Positions 57,676 to 64,000 of a DNA stretch of 64,000 nt are shown in pieces. The position numbers and the translations under genes were made by a program. The DNA lies in contig CAVUAE010000001.1 in NCBI GenBank assembly GCA_963739395.1, positions 948,137-1,012,136 of the forward strand, written 5' to 3'. Within the stretch, counting starts at the first letter, position 1. Each line of letters begins with the position of its first letter. This stretch comes from an uncultured Chloroflexia bacterium (GTDB taxonomy: Bacteria > Chloroflexota > Dehalococcoidia > Dehalococcoidales > RBG-16-60-22). The notes under the pieces were generated by a model. That model did no database searches. It was not told the DNA's origin and saw only the letters and a list, made by a program, of their open reading frames with translations.

Positions 57676-58641
57676 ATGGCAGAATCGAGCTACGAAAAAT
57701 ACGCAGTCAGAAAACCTGTTTATGAGGTGTGTTCCGGCATAAAGAACCGACAAAGTCCCACGATGACTTTAATGAGCGAAAAGCAGACGGGCGCGCCTTA
57801 CTATATTACGCTGGGGTGGATATACGATATACCGAAACCGAATCCACATATCATGGAACATGTGCATGATTATGATGAAATCCTCCTCTTTTATGGCGGC
57901 GATTATAAGCAGCCGCAGGTGCTCGGTGCCGAAGTAGAGTTTTATATCGGCGGTCAGCCCATCACCTTTAATACGACCACCAGCATGTACATCCCGAAAG
58001 GCACGCCCCATGGCCCCGTCACCTGGAAGAAGTTCTATTACCCCCATGTCCAGATGGCGTTCATGCTGGGCACCGGAGACCCGGATAAAGCCTGGGGCAA
58101 GAGCGGCATCATAGATGGCAGTAAAAAACCTTCCAAGAAGACTAAGAACTTCGATTATGAGCAGTATGTCATCCGTAGTCCTATGCGTGAGGCGGGTCCC
58201 GGACAAATAGGACGTCAAAGTCCGACCATGACCTACATGAGCCGCACGCAAATTAATGTCGCCAACACCTATATTGAGTGGGGCTGGATTTGGGACGTTG
58301 TGAAGGTGCCATTACCCAAGATGATACACGATACTCTCGACGAAATTGTGCTGCATGTCGGCGGCGACTATAAAAACCCAGAAGACCTGGGGGCGGACCT
58401 GGAGTTCGACATGGGCGACGAGAAACTAGTGTTCGACACGAGCTTCGGCATGTGGATTCCCAAAGGCACATTACACGGCCCGCTAATCTGGCATAAAGTC
58501 CGCCATCCGCATATCGAAATGGCTATCATGCTGGGCGCGGGGACGGTAATGGAAGGGTGGAACGGCAGCTTCTTTGGACCGAACGGCAAGCGCTTGACTT
58601 TCGGGGAGAGACCGCCCGTACCGCCGCCACCTGATAAATAA
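57676..58641 (+). CDS. Bicupin, same family as the 19559-20944 cupins
   Basis: Two repeats: HVHDYDE...PKGTPHGP and MIHDTLDE...PKGTLHGP. Confidence 0.75.
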   Translation: MAESSYEKYAVRKPVYEVCSGIKNRQSPTMTLMSEKQTGAPYYITLGWIYDIPKPNPHIMEHVHDYDEILLFYGGDYKQPQVLGAEVEFYIGGQPITFNTTTSMYIPKGTPHGPVTWKKFYYPHVQMAFMLGTGDPDKAWGKSGIIDGSKKPSKKTKNFDYEQYVIRSPMREAGPGQIGRQSPTMTYMSRTQINVANTYIEWGWIWDVVKVPLPKMIHDTLDEIVLHVGGDYKNPEDLGADLEFDMGDEKLVFDTSFGMWIPKGTLHGPLIWHKVRHPHIEMAIMLGAGTVMEGWNGSFFGPNGKRLTFGERPPVPPPPDK

Positions 58642-58735
58642 TATAATCGAGACTAAATCGGATACTTGATGTCCTAACGGTATTAACCAAAGTCAAGCAT
58701 GATTTACTCGAATAAACTTAAGGAGGAAGTAGGAA

Positions 58736-59179
58736 GTGCATGCCAACTTGGGATACCAGGAGTCAATATATCAACTAGAGATAGCTAATTCTCATGATTT
58801 CTTCACCAATATTACAAGGTATACCAACAAAGGTATTATTAGTGTAATAGCGATACCGTTATTCCCAATTCAGTTGGTTACTACATTTGTTCTGGGATTA
58901 TTAGCTAAAATAACTTTTGGCATATTTCTCTGGATAGGTTCTGTTATATGGATGCCATTTTTTGCATTGTTAATAGCTACTAGCTGGTTATGGTTGAGAG
59001 TACCGTTATTGAGAATATTGTTGTTCTTTCCCGGTATCATATTGGCAGTTGTCTCAAATATCTACGCAACTTTAATGCCATGCATGGGAGAATGGGATGC
59101 TAGAAAAATCAAAATAGACCTTTGTTATATATGGCCTCTATCTTGGAATCTGTATCGAAAATATGTGCATGGACAATAA
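58736..59179 (+). CDS. Hypothetical membrane protein, AT-rich
   Basis: Long hydrophobic stretches; GTG start after AAGGAGG. Confidence 0.55.
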   Translation: MHANLGYQESIYQLEIANSHDFFTNITRYTNKGIISVIAIPLFPIQLVTTFVLGLLAKITFGIFLWIGSVIWMPFFALLIATSWLWLRVPLLRILLFFPGIILAVVSNIYATLMPCMGEWDARKIKIDLCYIWPLSWNLYRKYVHGQ

Positions 59180-59193
59180 AGATACATTGATAT

Positions 59194-59769
59194 TTAGTAT
59201 AAGTTTAAGCGGCTATCTAGTTGGCTGATTATCTTCTTTGCCAGGCGCTTTAAACGCCTTTCAAGGCCGGGGATATGGGAGGCGTCGGTGGGGTTTTTGG
59301 CCAGGACGCTAACACTGCCCGTCCAGCGCATTTTACAGAGTTTAGCGTAGCCTTTTAAGTTTTGTATCGTCTGGCCGATGCCTTCCTCGGCAACCGCCAG
59401 ACCGGCTATGCGTTTGCTTTCCAGCCGCGGCCAGACGGCGCAGGTGCGGTCGAGGAAGTTTTTCAGCAGGCCGGAAAGCATTTCCATATAACCGGGCGTG
59501 GCTAAAATAATAGCATCTGTGGTTATCAACTTGGGGTAGACAGTCGCCATGTCGTCCTTAATCACACAGTCGCCTTGACGCTTTTTGCCGCCCTTTTCAC
59601 AGACAAGACAGCCGCGACACATTTTCACGTCCATCTTACGTAAAAGTAGAATTTCCACATCAGCGCCAAGCCTAGAAAGTTCCGAGCATAATGTGGTAAG
59701 CATCCACTCGGAATTGCCTTTACGCGGCGAACCACAGACACTAAGGATTTTCATGGTAGCTTTCATCAT
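59194..59769 (-). CDS. Flavodoxin-like / iron-sulfur flavoprotein (NADPH-dependent FMN reductase family)
   Basis: GSPRKGNS, CRGCLVC...C, ILATPGY, LKNFLDR. Start may be ATG 59754. Confidence 0.88.
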   Translation of the reverse strand: MMKATMKILSVCGSPRKGNSEWMLTTLCSELSRLGADVEILLLRKMDVKMCRGCLVCEKGGKKRQGDCVIKDDMATVYPKLITTDAIILATPGYMEMLSGLLKNFLDRTCAVWPRLESKRIAGLAVAEEGIGQTIQNLKGYAKLCKMRWTGSVSVLAKNPTDASHIPGLERRLKRLAKKIISQLDSRLNLY

Positions 59770-59827
59770 CAGCTAGAGTATATAATACATCAAGCCTGAT
59801 TGACTAATACGATTTAAGGAGAATTCC

Positions 59828-60622
59828 ATGGACTTGAAACTGAAAGATAAAGTGGCGATTGTGACCGGTACTGGCAGCCAGATTGGCTTCGGCAGGGGCA
59901 TCGCCTTAATGCTGGCGAAGGAAGGCTGCCACGTCGTAAGCGTGGATATGGACTTAGCAGGGGCGAAAAAAACGGCGGAGGATGTTCAGAAGCTGAATCG
60001 TAAAGCCCTCGCCTTTAAAGCGGATATCACCAATCGAAAGGAAATTGACTCCGTCGTCAAAAAAGCTTTAGCGGAGTTTGGCAAGATAGACATACTGGTG
60101 AACTGTGCCGGTCGGGCTAGCGGCTTGCGACCTTTCGTGACTATGACTAAAGAGCAATGGGACATGGATATAGATACTAACCTTAAAGGGACGATGAATT
60201 TTACCCAGGCGGTGCTTCCGCATATGCTGAAAAGACAGTATGGTAAAATCGTGAACTTCTCCACCCATGCCGCCCACCAGCCTGGTGGTTTAGCCGGTTC
60301 AACCGCTTACGTGGCGGCTAAAGCGGGAACGGTAATGTTTAGCAAGACACTGGCTAGTGAGGTAGGGGCTTCCGGGATAAATATCAATATCATCGCCCCG
60401 GGACCCGGTAATACCAATTTCCACCGTGCTAGCGGCGGCGACCCGCAAATGTCAAAAGTTGTGGAAATGTTGGCTAAAGCTGGTAAAACTACCACGCCGG
60501 AAGATATCGCTAACGCGGTGGCTTTTTTGGTATCGGATGTTTCCAACAAGCTTTCCGGGCAGGTGCTGGAGGTTTCCGCACCAACAATTTCTTCGGGGAC
60601 GGGTCAAAGAAACGCTAAATAA
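59828..60622 (+). CDS. SDR family oxidoreductase
   Basis: TGTGSQIGFG, VNCAG and YVAAK motifs. Confidence 0.9.
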   Translation: MDLKLKDKVAIVTGTGSQIGFGRGIALMLAKEGCHVVSVDMDLAGAKKTAEDVQKLNRKALAFKADITNRKEIDSVVKKALAEFGKIDILVNCAGRASGLRPFVTMTKEQWDMDIDTNLKGTMNFTQAVLPHMLKRQYGKIVNFSTHAAHQPGGLAGSTAYVAAKAGTVMFSKTLASEVGASGININIIAPGPGNTNFHRASGGDPQMSKVVEMLAKAGKTTTPEDIANAVAFLVSDVSNKLSGQVLEVSAPTISSGTGQRNAK

Positions 60623-60640
60623 CACTCGCCAGGAGAAGGT

Positions 60641-60973
60641 TTAATTACTCTGGTAATACCTTTGCCGACTGCGGCTGGGACGATTACCATTTTTTGATGC
60701 CGAAGGCCGCTGCATGTTCCTTTCGGAAAGAGGCAGTGCTTCAATAATGTTGACAAGCTGGTCTCTGACTATTTTGCCTTCTAATCCGGCGATGGCGGCC
60801 ATACCTGCCGATTTTGATGTCATTTCTACGAAGCCATAACCGTTGGTTTTACCGCTGCCGATGTACTTATCATTCATAATGATTACCGAGGTCACTTCAC
60901 CGAAAGCCGCAAATGCTTGACGAAGCTCGTCCTCGGTGGTTTCAAACGATAGATTACCTATGTAGATATTCAT
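60641..60973 (-). CDS. RRM RNA-binding protein (second copy)
   Basis: MNIYIGNLSF (RNP2) and GYGFVEM (RNP1). Confidence 0.85.
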   Translation of the reverse strand: MNIYIGNLSFETTEDELRQAFAAFGEVTSVIIMNDKYIGSGKTNGYGFVEMTSKSAGMAAIAGLEGKIVRDQLVNIIEALPLSERNMQRPSASKNGNRPSRSRQRYYQSN

Positions 60974-61062
60974 ATCGCCGCCTTTCAACAAGTCGTGCTA
61001 GCGTTACCGATTGGCACTGCTGCGTTGGCAATAATGCGCGCAGCTACCGGCACCCGAACTGA

Positions 61063-61434
61063 CTAATATCTTCGGTCTCTGCCGCCGCCCGACCTGCCGC
61101 CTCTGCCGCCGCCCGACCTGCCGCCGCCATAGCCACGATTGTTGTAGCCGCCGCCCCTTCTATCTCCAAAGGAACCGCCGCCGCGGTTATCGGGACGTGG
61201 ACGTGATTCATTAACCACAATCGTGCGTTCTTTCAATGACTTGCCGTTTAGTCCGGCGATAGCAGCTTCGGCTTCAGCCTTGGAGCTCATCTCCACGAAA
61301 GCGAAGCCTCGGGGCCGCCCGCTGATTTTATCGGAGGGAACAGCTACGGAATCCACCTTGCCGTAGGTGCCGAATTCCGCCGCCAGTTCGTCCTCGGTGA
61401 CTTCGTAAGAAAGATTGCCCACATAGATTTTCAT
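61063..61434 (-). CDS. RRM RNA-binding protein with Gly/Arg-rich tail
   Basis: MKIYVGNLSY, RGFAFVEM, RGG repeats. Start reset to ATG 61434 after GGAGG. Confidence 0.92.
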   Translation of the reverse strand: MKIYVGNLSYEVTEDELAAEFGTYGKVDSVAVPSDKISGRPRGFAFVEMSSKAEAEAAIAGLNGKSLKERTIVVNESRPRPDNRGGGSFGDRRGGGYNNRGYGGGRSGGGRGGRSGGGRDRRY

Positions 61435-61555
61435 GATTGCCCTCCTGAAACAGGCATTAATATTACGGGACTTAAAAAGTATAGAGATAAAGTGTAGCCG
61501 GGTCACATCCGGATGGATTGCCCTAAAACCAGACGTGACCCGGGATTTGATCAGT

Positions 61556-61843
61556 TTATCTAGCTGATCGCATTTGTCGGAAACAATCGCTGCAGTAAAC
61601 TGGTTTGTCGCCACGGGGCTGGAAAGGAACTTCAGTGGCTTTGCCACACTGGGCGCAAGTGGCGGGGAACATTTGCTTTGTGCCACCACCATACCGCTCG
61701 GTCTTCCGTGACTGACGGCATTCGGGACACCGTTTGGGTTCGTTAGTGTAGCCTTTGGTCTGGAAGAATTCCTGGTCCTCGGCGCTGTGGACGAAAGTAT
61801 TACCACAATCGACGCATGTGAGGGTTTTGTCCTGAAAACTCAT
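61556..61843 (-). CDS. Zinc-ribbon / CxxC-x17-CxxC domain protein (paralog of 29693)
   Basis: CVDCG...QEFF..KG..NEPKRCPEC; CAQC...PFQP...KPVYCSDC. Confidence 0.9.
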   Translation of the reverse strand: MSFQDKTLTCVDCGNTFVHSAEDQEFFQTKGYTNEPKRCPECRQSRKTERYGGGTKQMFPATCAQCGKATEVPFQPRGDKPVYCSDCFRQMRSAR

Positions 61844-61889
61844 GGATGACCTCCTCTCTTCAATTATTAGTTAGAGTTTTGGTCATCCA
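61843..61889 (-). promoter_or_regulatory. RBS/start-occluding leader hairpin (copy 2)
   Basis: TGGATGACC pairs with GGTCATCCA on the minus strand. Confidence 0.65.
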
Positions 61890-62003
61890 ACACTTAGAAA
61901 TCCGTTTTTGAGGCTTCTTAGAAGCGTGCAATAACCTAAACCTGAACTTATACTATATTATAACACAGCATGCAAGTGGTTGTATATAAAGGGTGTTCAC
62001 TGC

Positions 62004-62032
62004 TTGACATAATTATATTTCAATGGTATAAT
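62004..62032 (+). promoter_or_regulatory. Consensus sigma70 promoter with no downstream ORF
   Basis: TTGACA-N17-TATAAT, an exact consensus match. Confidence 0.85.
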
Positions 62033-62044
62033 AAGAATAATTAA

Positions 62045-62147
62045 GTCGCTACCCTGACTGGTGACGGCAGCATCTTTTTCCCTACGCTGGTTGCGTAGGG
62101 TGGGTTGGATGCCCGTAGGTTCTAATGACCTGCCAGAGTAGCGACCA
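62045..62147 (+). ncRNA. Candidate structured small RNA (unassigned family)
   Basis: 12-bp closing stem with one mismatch, GCATC/GATGC stem, 8-bp hairpin, T-arm-like hairpin, 3' CCA then T-run, directly behind a perfect promoter. Confidence 0.65.
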
Positions 62148-62177
62148 TTTTATTTACATTCAATCTCTCGTTATTTT

Positions 62178-62870
62178 TTAAGTCTTTCCATATTCATTAA
62201 ATTGGTCAATCAGTTTAAATAACCATTCTCTATCTTCTGGGGATAAAGATATAAGGTCAACATCTACGGATAAAAATAAAGTTCCGCCACTTTTTAATTG
62301 GATAGACTGAATATTACCTTTCGATTTGTTACCCTTAACGTTTGGGGGTGTTGTCTCATCGCTGCCGGAACTTGGAGATTCATCTTTCTTACTACGCCTC
62401 ATGGTTTTTTTTGCTTTTGCCCAGTGTACAGAACATTTCAATCCCGTATATTCACAGACCTCAAGGAAAAAACGAGTTACCCTCTCCAAAGTCCCACTCT
62501 CAACACCATACTGACGGAATAAGTCCTGAAGTTGTTGAAAAGTGGAATTACTTACACCCAGTTTAATAGCATCTTTGTAGCGTTCTTCTATAATTTCCCT
62601 TAAAACTGCCTTCCTGCTTTCACCTTTAGCATCGACTAAACGATGAAGACTTGGTTGGACTTTTCCCTTTTCGTCAATCAATCCTAGAAACTTAAAAGCA
62701 CCCAGTGTTTGACTCTGTGTACCGCCAGACCATGATGGCCATACAGACCGGTCAAGTGGGTCTGGTAGCCCCTGTTCTAATATCTCAACGGCACTGAGAA
62801 AAGTTTTAAAAGGAATATAGACAGGTGCTCTGGTTTGTTCTGCGTTGTTCCCATTTGTTTCCATTTCCAC
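62178..62870 (-). CDS. DUF5343 domain protein
   Basis: YIPFKTF...LPDPLDRSVW...SQTLGAFKFLGLIDEKG pattern. Confidence 0.7.
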   Translation of the reverse strand: MEMETNGNNAEQTRAPVYIPFKTFLSAVEILEQGLPDPLDRSVWPSWSGGTQSQTLGAFKFLGLIDEKGKVQPSLHRLVDAKGESRKAVLREIIEERYKDAIKLGVSNSTFQQLQDLFRQYGVESGTLERVTRFFLEVCEYTGLKCSVHWAKAKKTMRRSKKDESPSSGSDETTPPNVKGNKSKGNIQSIQLKSGGTLFLSVDVDLISLSPEDREWLFKLIDQFNEYGKT

Positions 62871-62900
62871 GTTCTCCTTTATTCTGGTTATTCTGGATAT

Positions 62901-62988
62901 ATTTTAAACTAGATTCTGGGAATTGTCAATAGATTTCCTAGTTGTTCCGCAGATTTATTTTGACACTACCCATGGGAACAACTAGAAT
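62901..62988. promoter_or_regulatory. Divergent promoter pair with 11-bp inverted repeat
   Basis: Minus: TTGACA(62929-62924)-N17-TAAAAT. Plus: TTGACA(62960-62965)-N17-TAGAAT. CTAGTTGTTCC-N26-GGAACAACTAG lies across the plus promoter. Confidence 0.7.
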
Positions 62989-63021
62989 TATATTATAAAT
63001 AGTAATGAATGAGGTGCAGAA

Positions 63022-63204
63022 ATGAAAGCTGGACAGATGATTAAAGTAAAGACATACGATGGAGAAGCTGTTGTAATACTAGTTGAAATGAATGATACTC
63101 ACGTAAATGTATGCAAAAAAGAGGAATTTGAAGCAGCAAAAAAAGAACGTCGCCCACCTATAATAGTCGGTTTTAGAAAAACTGAAGTAATCGGAGAGGT
63201 ATAA
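63022..63204 (+). CDS. Small hypothetical protein (60 aa)
   Basis: GAGGTG RBS, its own promoter, AT-rich. Confidence 0.6.
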   Translation: MKAGQMIKVKTYDGEAVVILVEMNDTHVNVCKKEEFEAAKKERRPPIIVGFRKTEVIGEV

Positions 63205-63423
63205 TTAGCTGGTACTAGCTTTTAGGTGATTTTCTCAATTTAGCTTCGCTCGTTGATTCTTGGACTACTCGAAAAGCTATCTGGTTTACATCATCGCCCA
63301 GCTTTCAATGCCGGATGAATTCAAACTGTACCACTACCGTTTTTTCTCCAAATCTTGCCTCCTTCACCCCTATATATTATAATTGTCTTGCCTCTATAAC
63401 ACGTACTTTCTAAAGAGTTATGT

Positions 63424-64000
63424 TTGGAAACCATCAAGCTTAATATCGATGGGCGCGATATCGAGACGCCAAAGGGCAAAAGCGTCCTCGAGGCTTCTCT
63501 CGAAGCGGGCATCTATATCCCCTATCTCTGTTATCATCCCGATTTAGGCACGACCGGCGAATGCGGCTTGTGCGTGGTGGAGGTGGTGGGGCGGGAGGAT
63601 TTAGTCCTCGCCTGCACGGAACCGATTGCCGCCGGCATGAATATCCTCACGAAGACACAAAAAGTCGTCGACGCGCGCCGCCAGGCGATGGAAAAGATAC
63701 TCAAAGGCCATCCCACCGACTGCGGTACCTGTAATAAATACCTCAACTGCGAGTTACAGTCCCTCAAGCAATACGTCAGCGAAGAAGAGTACAAACCTTT
63801 AGGTCCGGCGCGGCTTTTCGCTGTTGATGACAGTAATCCTCTTTTCACCATTAACCCCAATAAATGCGTCATGTGCACACGCTGCATCAGAGCCTGCAAG
63901 GACTTAAGGGGGGTGGGAATTCTCGTTGAAAAAACTAAAGGCGAGGAAAAATACATCGGGACAGAAAATGATTTAACGCTGGTAGAAGCGGGCTGCCGTT
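63424..64000 (+). CDS. Fe-S oxidoreductase large subunit, NuoG/FdhA/HydA-type N-terminal module (partial)
   Basis: Manual translation from TTG 63424: IKLNIDG...IPYLCYHPDL...CGLCVVEV...AC (2Fe-2S), HPTDCGTC...C, CVMCTRCIRAC (4Fe-4S); runs off the right edge. Confidence 0.88.
   Translation, partial: METIKLNIDGRDIETPKGKSVLEASLEAGIYIPYLCYHPDLGTTGECGLCVVEVVGREDLVLACTEPIAAGMNILTKTQKVVDARRQAMEKILKGHPTDCGTCNKYLNCELQSLKQYVSEEEYKPLGPARLFAVDDSNPLFTINPNKCVMCTRCIRACKDLRGVGILVEKTKGEEKYIGTENDLTLVEAGCR

Noticed and set aside
61435-61806. N-terminal extension of the RRM ORF 61063-61806
   Set aside because: It overlaps the real zinc-ribbon gene in another frame; the true start is ATG 61434.
62045-62147. tRNA-Sec (selC) or ordinary tRNA
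   Set aside because: No UCA or other 7-nt anticodon loop, a 9-nt T-loop, and an over-long closing stem.
63215-63304. Minus-strand fragment KLGDDVNQIAFRVVQEST, resembling small mobile-element-associated proteins
   Set aside because: About 30 codons with an in-frame stop upstream and no start; the resemblance is from memory and too weak to call.

Overview
The window looks like chromosomal DNA of an anaerobic Chloroflexota, most likely Dehalococcoidia (inferred from gene content, not from a database search). The left part holds a partial CotH-like lipoprotein, a methyltransferase and tRNA-Gly, then a ~10 kb methyl-transfer locus: one corrinoid protein, six tandem URO-D/MtaA-superfamily paralogs and a pterin-binding methyl-THF:corrinoid methyltransferase. 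Next comes tRNA-fMet, with a 1.2 kb islet bounded by a 13-bp copy of the tRNA 3' end. The middle carries redox and catabolic genes (Fe-S protein, SDR, three tandem cupins, an atypical OYE, GH3), a heliorhodopsin, a lipoprotein-type SAM hydrolase/halogenase homolog beside speE-speD, a Ppm/Pmt glycosylation pair, the AmmeMemoRadiSam trio, rarA, pit, gmk-remA and a stand-alone 5S rRNA. The clpC-radA-ispD-ispF-cysS backbone is interrupted by AT-rich cassettes flanked by REP-like palindromes. The right end has a seventh URO-D paralog facing a bicupin, an RNA-binding gene cluster, a DUF5343 divergent module and a partial Fe-S oxidoreductase. The best candidates for undescribed biology are: (1) the URO-D paralog array; (2) a ~103-nt structured RNA behind a perfect sigma70 promoter at 62045-62147; (3) an RBS-occluding hairpin with compensatory changes, shared by the leaders of two zinc-ribbon paralogs; (4) the cupin family linked to these loci. 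No CRISPR array, integrase, transposase or reductive dehalogenase was seen.
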